A stretch of 63,491 nt of DNA from Hydrogenimonas sp. GTDB taxonomy: Bacteria; Campylobacterota; Campylobacteria; Campylobacterales; Hydrogenimonadaceae. The notes beneath the pieces were generated by a model. It was not told the DNA's origin and did no database searches. It worked only from the letters and a program-made list of their open reading frames with translations. Below, piece after piece: positions 1-8,256 of this stretch. Location of the stretch: the NCBI RefSeq assembly GCF_029932565.1, contig NZ_JAOZPV010000003.1, positions 1 to 63,491 on the forward strand, in the 5' to 3' direction. Position 1 is the first letter of the stretch; each line of letters opens with the position of its first letter. Both the position numbers and the translations under genes were made by a program.

Positions 1-113
1 CAGATGCCGTTGCCGGCCACCTTGATCCGCACCTCGCCGGGTCCCGGTTCGGGCAGGGGAACGTCGACCAGCCGTGGCGGCTTTCCCCACTCGAAGAGAC
101 GATAGGCTTTCAT
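1..113 (-). CDS. Zn-dependent alcohol dehydrogenase (MDR family), 5' fragment truncated by the window edge
   Basis: Manual translation from ATG at 113: MKAYRLFEWGKPPRLVDVPLPEPGPGEVRIKVAGNGI(C), matching the MDR N-terminal P.P.PGEV.IKV...G.C pattern; purine-rich RBS upstream. Confidence 0.8.
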   Translation of the reverse strand, partial: MKAYRLFEWGKPPRLVDVPLPEPGPGEVRIKVAGNGI

Positions 114-141
114 CCTTTTTCCTTTCAGACTGTAACCCGAT

Positions 142-169
142 GTTACGCCAAAAGATGGTTTTGCGTAAC
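142..169. terminator. Imperfect hairpin between gdhA and the ADH gene (possible terminator or stabiliser)
   Basis: gttacgc-caaaa...tttt-gcgtaac inverted repeat; no strong U-tract. Confidence 0.3.
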
Positions 170-190
170 GTCAGTTTGTAAAAAACAGGG

Positions 191-1585
191 TCAGATACCT
201 TCGGCGATCATCGCATCGGCGACCCGTTTGAAGCCGGCGATGTTGGCACCGTCGACGTAGTTGCCCGTCACGCCGTATTCGTCGGCCGTCTGTGCGACAT
301 TGGTGCAGATATGGACCATGATATCCTTGAGCTCCGCATCGACCTTCTCGAAACTCCACCGCATCATCTGGGCGTTCTGGCTCATCTCCAGCGCGCTGAC
401 CGCCACGCCACCGGCATTGGCAGCTTTGGCGGGTCCGAAACAGATGCCGCTTTCAAGGAAATAGTGGATCGCATCGGGCGTGGATGGCATATTGGCCCCC
501 TCCGTGACGCTCACGCAGCCGTTTTTGACCAGTGCTTTGGCGTCGGCCAGCGACAACTCGTTCTGTGTCGCGCACGGGAAGGCGGCGTAACAGGGGATAT
601 GCCAGGCGGCATGGCCATCTTTCGGATACTCCGAAACCGGAATGTACTGCGATTCCGGGTGTTTCCCGGCGTACTCTTCAAGCGATACTCTCTTCTCGAA
701 CTTCAGCTCCTTCAGAAGGTCGAGATCGACCCCCCGCGGGTCGTAGACCGTCCCTTTCGAATCGGAACAGGTCACGGGCACGGCACCCAGAGCATAGAGC
801 TTTTCAATGGCGTGCAGCGCCACGTTGCCCGAACCGCTCACGGTACAGACTTTGCCTTCGAGCGGTTTCTTTCCTTCGATTTCGAGCATCTTTTCGGTGA
901 AATAGACGACACCGTACCCCGTCGCCTCCGGACGCATCAGCGAACCCCCGAAAAAGAAAGGCTTCCCGGTCAATACCCCTTCGTAACTGGAGGTGATCTT
1001 CTTGTATTGGCCGAAGAGGTAGCCGATCTCTCTGGCACCCACGCCGATATCGCCGGCAGGTACATCGATACGCGGACCGATGTATTTGTGCAGCTCCTGC
1101 ATATAGGCGGAGCAAAAATTCATCACCTCGAAATCTGTCTTTCCTTTCGGATCGAAGTCACTGCCCCCTTTGCCGCCGCCGATGGGCAGACCCGTCAGAG
1201 CGTTCTTCAGAATCTGCTCGAACCCCAGAAACTTCAGGACCCCTTCGTTGACGGAGGGATGAAACCGAAGCCCCCCTTTGTAGGGTCCCAGGGCGTTGTT
1301 GAACTGCACACGATAGCCCGTGTTGACCTGTATCTGATTGTTGCGGTCCATCCATTCCACTTTGAATTTGAAAATCCGGTCCGGCTTGACGAGCCGTTGC
1401 ACGATGGCGTTCTCTTTGTATTTCGGATCGGAGAGGTAGAGTGGTGCGATGGAGAGGAGTACCTCTTCCATTGCCTGAAAGAAGACATCGTCCTCTCTGC
1501 AGTTCGGATTTCTCAAACTTTTGATGTACTTTCTCGCGCGTTCCAGATCTTTTTGATCGACGCTGGCCAGTCTGTTTTGTTTCAT
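191..1585 (-). CDS. gdhA: NADP-specific glutamate dehydrogenase
   Basis: Motifs GPYKGGLRFHP, GGGKGG, DVPAGDIGVG, RPEATGYG, SGSGNVA, GANIAGF; start taken as MKQNRL (ATG 1585) because the longer ORF overlaps the upstream gene. Confidence 0.95.
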   Translation of the reverse strand: MKQNRLASVDQKDLERARKYIKSLRNPNCREDDVFFQAMEEVLLSIAPLYLSDPKYKENAIVQRLVKPDRIFKFKVEWMDRNNQIQVNTGYRVQFNNALGPYKGGLRFHPSVNEGVLKFLGFEQILKNALTGLPIGGGKGGSDFDPKGKTDFEVMNFCSAYMQELHKYIGPRIDVPAGDIGVGAREIGYLFGQYKKITSSYEGVLTGKPFFFGGSLMRPEATGYGVVYFTEKMLEIEGKKPLEGKVCTVSGSGNVALHAIEKLYALGAVPVTCSDSKGTVYDPRGVDLDLLKELKFEKRVSLEEYAGKHPESQYIPVSEYPKDGHAAWHIPCYAAFPCATQNELSLADAKALVKNGCVSVTEGANMPSTPDAIHYFLESGICFGPAKAANAGGVAVSALEMSQNAQMMRWSFEKVDAELKDIMVHICTNVAQTADEYGVTGNYVDGANIAGFKRVADAMIAEGI

Positions 1586-1604
1586 GTGTTTCCTTTGATT
1601 GATG

Positions 1605-3308
1605 TTATAGGCTGCAGGCTGTTGCGACCCTGTATTCCGACACTTTTCTCCCTTTCGTATCGACAATGTGAACGGCACACGCCAGGCACGGGTCGAACGA
1701 ATGCACGACTCGCAAGACTTCCAGAGGTTTCGTCGGATCGGCAAGATGTATACCTATCAGCGACTCTTCGTACGGGCCTCTGATCCCTTTCGCATCTTTG
1801 GGCGACGCATTCCATGTCGTCGGCACGACGGCCTGGTAGTTACACACTCTGCTCTCTTCGATTTTCACGAAGTGCGCCAGAACACCTCGCGGCACTTCAT
1901 GGATACCCCGCCCCTGCGCCGATTTTGGGAGTGTCTCAAACTCATATTTCGTCCAGGTCTCCTCATCGTAGTATTTGATGTTTTCGATCAGATCGCTGCA
2001 GAAGTCGAAAATGGTTTCACAGCAGATTTTCGCTTCGACAGCACGGGCGGCATTTCGGCCGATCGTGGAAGAGAAATCGATAAGTTCCATACCCGTCTCT
2101 TCCATGAAAGCCTCCACCGCAGGCTTGATGATAGTCGAATCTTTCAGATAACCGATGATCATACGTGCAGCGGGGCCCACTTCCATCGGTTCATTCTTGT
2201 AGCGTGGGGCCTTGACCCAGCTGTATTTTCCTTCCGTTTTGAGCGATCCGTCGTCGTTAAGGTCGGTATAGAACGGTACCGTCGATTCGTCGTAGGGCGA
2301 TGTCGGTCCATTCTCTTCATACCATGAACGTGACGCTTCTTCCGTGATATGATCGTCGTCGAAGGATTCGATATGTTCGAAATCGTGTCGATAAATGACA
2401 CCATTTTCAAACAGTACCGTACCGCTTGCGAGTCGGTATCCGCCGGCCGCCATGAAATTGCCGCTGCCGCGTCCGACTCCCTCTTTCATCTCCTGGTTGT
2501 ACGCTTCGACGAGCAGTTGCATATCGGGGATATAGGCGCGCTCGATGAAATCACGTGTATCCTTCATGATGAACATGTAGTCGTTCAACCGCTGGGGGTT
2601 GAGCATATCGGCCACACTGGTGACACCTCCGACGACCAGATTTTGCGGATGGGGTGTTTTGCCTGCGAAAATGGCGACCGCTTTGCTCAAAACCCTCTGG
2701 ACACGCAGCGCTTCGAAATAGTGGTTTATGAGAACGAGATTCTCCTCCGGAGTCAACCGGTAGGCGTCGTGTCCCCAGTATCCATTGGCGAAAAGCCCCA
2801 GCCGTCCCGCCTTGACAAAAGATGCAAGTTTCTCTTTCAATGACGAAAAATGACCGACCGACGATCGATAGGGATAGGAGTGATAGCGTTTCGCGACCTC
2901 CTCCGCTTTGGCGACATCCGCTTCGAGTGCACTGACGATATCGACATAGTCGAGTGAATGAAGATGGTAGAAATGGATGATGTGATCCTGCACGAAAAGT
3001 GAGAGCGTGACAAGATTGCGTATGATTTCGGCATTGGGCGGCGGTACGATGCCGTAGGCATCTTCAACCGCCGCAATCGATGCACGATAATGGACATTGG
3101 TGCAGACACCGCAGATACGCTGGGCAATCAGCCCCACATCTCTCGGGTCGCGTCCTTTCAGAATCACTTCGATGCCGCGGAAAAGCTGTCCCGATGCCCA
3201 GGCCTCCCTGACTACGTTTTCCTCGTCGATTTCGATTTCGATACGCAAGTGTCCCTCGATGCGGGTGATCGGATCGATCACGATTTTTTTGAGACGTCCG
3301 TTACTCAT
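1605..3308 (-). CDS. [NiFe]-hydrogenase large subunit, group 1-like (567 aa)
   Basis: DPITRIEGH, L1 QRICGVC, HFYHLH, KYSWVKAPRY, EVPRG, L2 DPCLACAVH followed by a cleavable C-terminal extension; start MSNGRL overlaps the upstream stop. Confidence 0.95.
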   Translation of the reverse strand: MSNGRLKKIVIDPITRIEGHLRIEIEIDEENVVREAWASGQLFRGIEVILKGRDPRDVGLIAQRICGVCTNVHYRASIAAVEDAYGIVPPPNAEIIRNLVTLSLFVQDHIIHFYHLHSLDYVDIVSALEADVAKAEEVAKRYHSYPYRSSVGHFSSLKEKLASFVKAGRLGLFANGYWGHDAYRLTPEENLVLINHYFEALRVQRVLSKAVAIFAGKTPHPQNLVVGGVTSVADMLNPQRLNDYMFIMKDTRDFIERAYIPDMQLLVEAYNQEMKEGVGRGSGNFMAAGGYRLASGTVLFENGVIYRHDFEHIESFDDDHITEEASRSWYEENGPTSPYDESTVPFYTDLNDDGSLKTEGKYSWVKAPRYKNEPMEVGPAARMIIGYLKDSTIIKPAVEAFMEETGMELIDFSSTIGRNAARAVEAKICCETIFDFCSDLIENIKYYDEETWTKYEFETLPKSAQGRGIHEVPRGVLAHFVKIEESRVCNYQAVVPTTWNASPKDAKGIRGPYEESLIGIHLADPTKPLEVLRVVHSFDPCLACAVHIVDTKGRKVSEYRVATACSL

Positions 3309-5736
3309 TTTCGGCCTCCTCTTCCAGCGGTCGTTCGTTGGCGTAAAGATCAAAGGCAATTTTCCCTTCGCCGCATGCGATACAACCGTGCCCAGCCTGA
3401 ACCGGCCAGCTCGTCCCTTCGTTGAATTTCACCTGCGGGCAGTTGAGGTCGGCGTAGGGACCTTTGCACCCCATTTTGAAGAGGCACCATCCCTGTTTCG
3501 CCCCCTCGTCACCCCACTCCAGAACAAACTCCTCGAGATCGTAATGGCCGCGACGTTCACAGTTGTCGTGGATACGGTAGCTGTAGGCCCATTTCGGACG
3601 TCTCTTCTCGTCGAGTTCCGGGATCTCGTCGAACATGATGTAATAGATCAGTGTCCCGACGACATTGGCGGGATTGACGGGACAACCCGGCAGATGGATG
3701 ACATCGTCGCGTTCCAACGCTTCCGATACGCCGACGGCACCCGTCGGGTTGGGTTCGGCCGCGACGACCCCACCGTCGAGGGCACAGGTGCCGACCGCCA
3801 GAACCGCTGCGGCACTCCCGGCCACTCTTTTCAGAAGTTCAATCCCGGTTTCTCCTTTCGGCCCGATTCGCAGATATTTTCCTTCCATTCCCAGCGGAAC
3901 CGCCCCTTCGACGATCAGGACGAAGCCCTCTTTCTCGTTTTCAACAATCGAATCGAGTGTACGTTCGCTCTGATCGCCCGCCGCCGCCATCAGAAGATCG
4001 TGATAGTCGAGTGAGATATAGTTGAGAATCAGGTCGGTGATCTTTGGCTGCGCCGTTTTGATGAATGCCGTGGAATTGCCGGTACAGTCGGCCAGTTCCA
4101 GCCAGACGATCGGAATTTTGTTGAGCTGTCTGATCGCCTGATCGACCAGCTCTTCATGCCGGGGTGACAGACGCATACTCGCCGTGATCATCGAAACCCA
4201 GCGATTGTATTCACGGTTCATATCGAGCGCTTTGATCGCCTCTTCGAGATTCTCCGTCGTGATCCTGTTTTTGGGATGGAGACGGTTGAACTTTTCGATC
4301 CGTTTCCTGATCTTTTCCATTTCGGCCGCCTCGCGGGCCGCCTCTTTCTCTGCCCGGATTCGCGCCGCCTCCTCGGGATCGACCGGCGTCTTCGCGATGA
4401 GATCGACGATATCCTGTTTGCAGCGCCCACAGACCCTCCCCGCCTCGGTCAACCCTTTGAGTTCCGCGAAACGGGTGACGGCGTTCTCTTTGATGAGTTC
4501 GACGAGGTCGAATTCGTACGTACCGGTACAGCTGCAGACGAGCCGTCCCCTCTCGCCCACCTTCCGGCTATGGTAGAAGAAAGTGGGATCGACCGGCTCG
4601 TCCTTCTCCATGATCCGTTTGAGCTCCATGACATCGACATTCGAGTTGAGTCCAATGAAGCGCCGCAGCCGGTCGTCGTTGACGATATACTGATCGACCC
4701 GTTTCTCTTTTCTCGATTCGATGATGATATCTTCGTTTTCCGGATCACGGGGATCGTATTTCGGCGACGAAACGTCGGTAAAGAGAAAGGCACCCACTTT
4801 CAGCCCGTCGATGGCCGGCTCGTGTTCAAATCGTTCCGATTCGATCCCCAGGATGTTGGCGACCGCCACATCCGCTTCCTGTGTGCTTTCCCTGACACGA
4901 CCCGCGACAAAACCGTCGCTTCGCAGCTGGGCCGCCTCCCCTACCGCATAGATGTCAGGATCGGAAGTCCGCATCGTCTCGTCGACAAGGATGCCCCTGT
5001 CAACCTCCAGAACACCTCTTGCAAAATCGACGTTGGGGGTGATACCGACACCGAAAATGAGGAAGGGATCGTCGATGGTATGATGCTTCGTCACGATCGT
5101 CGCAAGGCGGTTTCCCTCGATTTTTCTCTCGACGATTTCGTCGTGATAGGAGATCGTCACACGCGGATCGGCTTCAAAAATCTCCGATATCCACGCCACC
5201 GCCATCGGATTGAGTGCACGATCGTAGAGATGCGCTCCGCGTGAAAGAAGAAACATCCTCTTCGGATCGGGCATTTTGACCAGGGTGTCGAGAAGTTCCA
5301 GGCCGATGGGACCGACGCCGGAGATGATGACGTTACGCCCCTTGATGCCTTTCGCGATTTTGAAACTGTCATCGGCACTCCGAAAGGTCGCAGCGTTTTC
5401 GATCCCACCGATGTCGAAAAGCGTTTTCGGCTTCGAGCCGGTCGCGATGATCAGTTTGTCGTATCCGAAGAGGGCATTTTCGGTCACCACCTTTTTCTCT
5501 TCCGGCTCGATGGAGAGAACGCGTTGATTCAGCTCCACGTTTACATCGGGGTGGAGTTCGAGCAGAATATCTTCCAACGCCGCGCTTCCGTCGACCAGCC
5601 GGCAGAGATGAATCCGGTCGTAGGGCGGATACCTCTCGGCAGAGAGAATCACTACCTCGTGCCCCTTTTCCCGCTCCATGATGGTGTTCGCGGCGTGTGC
5701 CCCCGCGATACCCCCACCAATGATGACGATACGCAT
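3301..5736 (-). CDS. Fusion: FAD/NAD(P)H oxidoreductase (NirB/rubredoxin-reductase-like) + BFD-like [2Fe-2S] domain + [NiFe]-hydrogenase small subunit (811 aa)
   Basis: MRIVIIGGGIAG, ATGS, SGVGPIGLE, TSDPDIYAVGE; VCSC...CGRC; WLELADCTGNS, GTCA, LPGCP, HDNCERR, WCLFKMGCKGP, GHGCIAC; RBS AAGGAG before ATG 5736. Confidence 0.9.
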   Translation of the reverse strand: MRIVIIGGGIAGAHAANTIMEREKGHEVVILSAERYPPYDRIHLCRLVDGSAALEDILLELHPDVNVELNQRVLSIEPEEKKVVTENALFGYDKLIIATGSKPKTLFDIGGIENAATFRSADDSFKIAKGIKGRNVIISGVGPIGLELLDTLVKMPDPKRMFLLSRGAHLYDRALNPMAVAWISEIFEADPRVTISYHDEIVERKIEGNRLATIVTKHHTIDDPFLIFGVGITPNVDFARGVLEVDRGILVDETMRTSDPDIYAVGEAAQLRSDGFVAGRVRESTQEADVAVANILGIESERFEHEPAIDGLKVGAFLFTDVSSPKYDPRDPENEDIIIESRKEKRVDQYIVNDDRLRRFIGLNSNVDVMELKRIMEKDEPVDPTFFYHSRKVGERGRLVCSCTGTYEFDLVELIKENAVTRFAELKGLTEAGRVCGRCKQDIVDLIAKTPVDPEEAARIRAEKEAAREAAEMEKIRKRIEKFNRLHPKNRITTENLEEAIKALDMNREYNRWVSMITASMRLSPRHEELVDQAIRQLNKIPIVWLELADCTGNSTAFIKTAQPKITDLILNYISLDYHDLLMAAAGDQSERTLDSIVENEKEGFVLIVEGAVPLGMEGKYLRIGPKGETGIELLKRVAGSAAAVLAVGTCALDGGVVAAEPNPTGAVGVSEALERDDVIHLPGCPVNPANVVGTLIYYIMFDEIPELDEKRRPKWAYSYRIHDNCERRGHYDLEEFVLEWGDEGAKQGWCLFKMGCKGPYADLNCPQVKFNEGTSWPVQAGHGCIACGEGKIAFDLYANERPLEEEAENE

Positions 5737-5737
5737 C

Positions 5738-6202
5738 TCAATCTCCTTTCGGGCCGGCAGGCTCACCTTTTCGGGCCGCTCTCTTTTCCGCTTTTTCGGC
5801 CTTTTTCTTCTCGGCATAACGTTCCCGGCTCTCTCGGGCAACCGTCTGCCAAACAAACCACTCATCGTTGACGTTCTCGGCCTTCGATGCGGGATTCGGC
5901 TTCTCGGAGGAGTGGGTCAATGCCTCGTCCGCTTTTGGACATGCCCGCACACACTCCCCACAATAGATACAGAGCCAGGGGTTGTATCGGTACTCCTTGT
6001 GCCCGTCATCGTGCTGGTAGAAGACGATCGCCTTTGGAGGGCACGCCTTCTCACACCGGTCACAGAAGATGCAATGCTCCACATCGTAGAGAATGAGTCC
6101 CCGATAGTCGGAAGGCACCTGCACATCCCCAACGAAAGGGTATTTCACCGTATGGGGTGGTTTGAACATATTGCTCCAGGCATTGGCCAGTGATCTAAAC
6201 AT
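5738..6202 (-). CDS. echF: Ech hydrogenase 2x[4Fe-4S] subunit F (NuoI-like)
   Basis: CIFCDRCEKACP and CIYCGECVRACP; T.KYPF, YRG motifs; AAGGAG RBS favours the MFRSL start at 6202 over 6223. Confidence 0.88.
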   Translation of the reverse strand: MFRSLANAWSNMFKPPHTVKYPFVGDVQVPSDYRGLILYDVEHCIFCDRCEKACPPKAIVFYQHDDGHKEYRYNPWLCIYCGECVRACPKADEALTHSSEKPNPASKAENVNDEWFVWQTVARESRERYAEKKKAEKAEKRAARKGEPAGPKGD

Positions 6203-6253
6203 CCAAATCTCCTTCTCTGCCATTCGATAAAAGCGAACCGCAACGACCCTTTC

Positions 6254-6288
6254 TCAATTCTTCACTCTTCACTTTCCACTCTTCACGC
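6254..6288 (+). repeat. Degenerate 7-bp tandem repeat in the echE-echF spacer
   Basis: tcaattc ttcactc ttcactt tccactc ttcacgc. Confidence 0.7.
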
Positions 6289-6290
6289 AT

Positions 6291-7376
6291 CTATTTTGCC
6301 GTACACGACATACAGGGATCGAACGATGCCAGTATCGCCGGTGCATCGGCGTATTCGCTCCCTTTGAAAATTTCGACCATCGCCGGTATGCCGGAAAAAG
6401 TCGGAGTTTTGATACGTACACGGTCCAGGAAATTCTTGCCGCTGCCACGCACCAGATACATCAGTTCCCCCCGCGGTGCCTCGAGTCGGACGATCGCCTC
6501 ACCTTTGGGTTTGCCTTTGATCTTCAGCAGATGCTCTCCCTCCGGCAGGTTCTGCACGATGTTTTTGCACATCTCGATGCTGTTGAGAATCTCATAGAGC
6601 CGCACCATATTGCGGGCGTGGATATCGCCTCCCTTCTCGAGAACCACTTCGAAACCGACCTCTTCGTAAGGCAGATCGGAACTCTCCAGACGTACGTCCG
6701 TCCGCAACCCGGCAGCGCGGGCGAGCGGCCCGAGGGTATTGTAGATGCACGCCTCCTCGTAGGTCAGCATCCCGACACCTCTGTATTTCAGTGAAAGGGA
6801 CCAGTTTTTCGAAAACTCTTCCAGCAGTCGTTCGATTTTCGGTTTCAGCGCATCCAGTGTCGCCACGACCTCTTTCGCCGTCTCGGGCGAAATATCGCGA
6901 TGGACACCACCGATGGCGATATAGTCAAACTGCACCCGGTTGCCGCTGATCGCCTCCTGCAGGTCCATAACCGGCTCCCGTGCCGCCATCACTTCCATGA
7001 ACATCGCTTCGAAACCGGCATTTTCCGCTGTATGGGAGAGGCAGAGCATATGGGAGTGGATGCGATCGAGTTCCACCATCAGCATCCGCAGATAGTCGAT
7101 TCGCCGGGTGCTTTCGAACTCCAGCATCTTTTCGACGGCGAGCGTAAATGAAAGCGAATGGGTGATGGCGCACAGACCGCATACCCGGGCAACCACGTAG
7201 GGGAGTTTTTTCCATTCGAACTGGGTCACACACGCCCGCTCTATTCCGCGATGGACGAATCCGACATCGGCTCCGACCTCGACAATTTTTTCGTTATGGG
7301 TCTTGAATTGAAAACGGACCGGCTCCAACAGAGAGATATGCTGGGAACCCAACGGTATATTGATCACTTTTTTCAC
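6291..7376 (-). CDS. echE: Ech hydrogenase large (catalytic) subunit E, group 4
   Basis: G.QH..L.EP, GFVHRGIE, ARVCGLC, EAPRGE, RIKTPT, DPCMSCTAK; 361 aa, no C-terminal extension. Confidence 0.93.
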   Translation of the reverse strand: MKKVINIPLGSQHISLLEPVRFQFKTHNEKIVEVGADVGFVHRGIERACVTQFEWKKLPYVVARVCGLCAITHSLSFTLAVEKMLEFESTRRIDYLRMLMVELDRIHSHMLCLSHTAENAGFEAMFMEVMAAREPVMDLQEAISGNRVQFDYIAIGGVHRDISPETAKEVVATLDALKPKIERLLEEFSKNWSLSLKYRGVGMLTYEEACIYNTLGPLARAAGLRTDVRLESSDLPYEEVGFEVVLEKGGDIHARNMVRLYEILNSIEMCKNIVQNLPEGEHLLKIKGKPKGEAIVRLEAPRGELMYLVRGSGKNFLDRVRIKTPTFSGIPAMVEIFKGSEYADAPAILASFDPCMSCTAK

Positions 7377-7735
7377 ACTTCACACCCTCCCAATCCCATC
7401 GTTTTCAGAGGGGTTTTAAGCGAATCGTCACTCAGGTAGAGCTTTCCTTCGATGCCTTCGATTGTCAAACCGAACATATCCACCACCTCACGCTCACCCA
7501 TGATGGCCGAGGGAATCAGTTTCACGATAGAGGGTACCTCTGTTTCGTAATCGGTAATGCAGTAAAACACAACCGTTTCATCCTTTGCACCATATTTCGC
7601 AAAGATCCACTGCAGCTCGATCTTCCCATCGTCCAGGTCTATCCCGTTGAGAGTCAGAAAGTGCCACTCGTACCGATCGTAGAACTCTTCGATCGTTTTG
7701 ACCACTCTTTCGAGAGTCGTTTCAATCTTTTTCAT
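7373..7735 (-). CDS. echD: Ech hydrogenase subunit D (NuoC-like)
   Basis: VPSI..LIPSA..GEREVVDMFG motif; lies between echC and echE with 4-bp overlaps. Confidence 0.85.
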   Translation of the reverse strand: MKKIETTLERVVKTIEEFYDRYEWHFLTLNGIDLDDGKIELQWIFAKYGAKDETVVFYCITDYETEVPSIVKLIPSAIMGEREVVDMFGLTIEGIEGKLYLSDDSLKTPLKTMGLGGCEV

Positions 7736-8256
7736 TTTTCCTCCCCAATACGTTTCGCCATTGTCAACCGGCTGATCTTTTTTCCGATCCTCTTTATCCC
7801 ACCGAAGAGCCGGAATGGTTTTTCGATCGCTTTGTTTTTCTTCTCAAGTATCGACAACGCCTGCACGATCCCGTCGATAATGAGCTGTGGCGAGGCGGCA
7901 CACCCGGGTACATAAACATCCACCGGGATGTACCGATCGATGCCGTCTTCAACATTGTACATACCACGAAAGACCCCGCCGGTCGAGGTACAGGCTCCGA
8001 CAGCGACGACCACTTTGGGTTCGGGAATCTGACTGTAGAGTTCCACAAGTCGCTCTCTGGAGTGAAACGTTACGGGACCCGTCACCAGAAAAATGTCCGT
8101 CTGCTTCGGATTTCCCGTATTGACGATGCCGAAACGCTCCAGATCGAATCGGGGACTCAGCGCTGCGAGTATCTCTATGTCACAACCGTTGCAGCTGCCG
8201 GCATTGTAATGGAGAATCCAGGGTGATTTTTTCCTGAACTGTGCCAACCATTTCAT
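7732..8256 (-). CDS. echC: Ech hydrogenase small subunit C (NuoB-like)
   Basis: KSPW, GSCNGCDIE, VAVGAC, VDVYVPGC; start MKWLAQ (ATG 8256) overlaps the echB stop. Confidence 0.92.
   Translation of the reverse strand: MKWLAQFRKKSPWILHYNAGSCNGCDIEILAALSPRFDLERFGIVNTGNPKQTDIFLVTGPVTFHSRERLVELYSQIPEPKVVVAVGACTSTGGVFRGMYNVEDGIDRYIPVDVYVPGCAASPQLIIDGIVQALSILEKKNKAIEKPFRLFGGIKRIGKKISRLTMAKRIGEEK

Noticed and set aside
311-1783. 490-aa plus-strand ORF, and similar long antisense ORFs (9200-10321, 13208-14443, 23239-24546, 41695-42858, 49112-50269, 55046-56206, 59317-60459, 60908-62488)
   Set aside because: Each lies opposite a well-supported gene and has no recognisable motifs; typical shadow ORFs from codon bias.
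3301-5736. Fusion protein as assimilatory nitrite reductase NirB
   Set aside because: Only the FAD/NAD(P)H and BFD modules match; the siroheme/[4Fe-4S] catalytic domain is absent and replaced by a hydrogenase small subunit.
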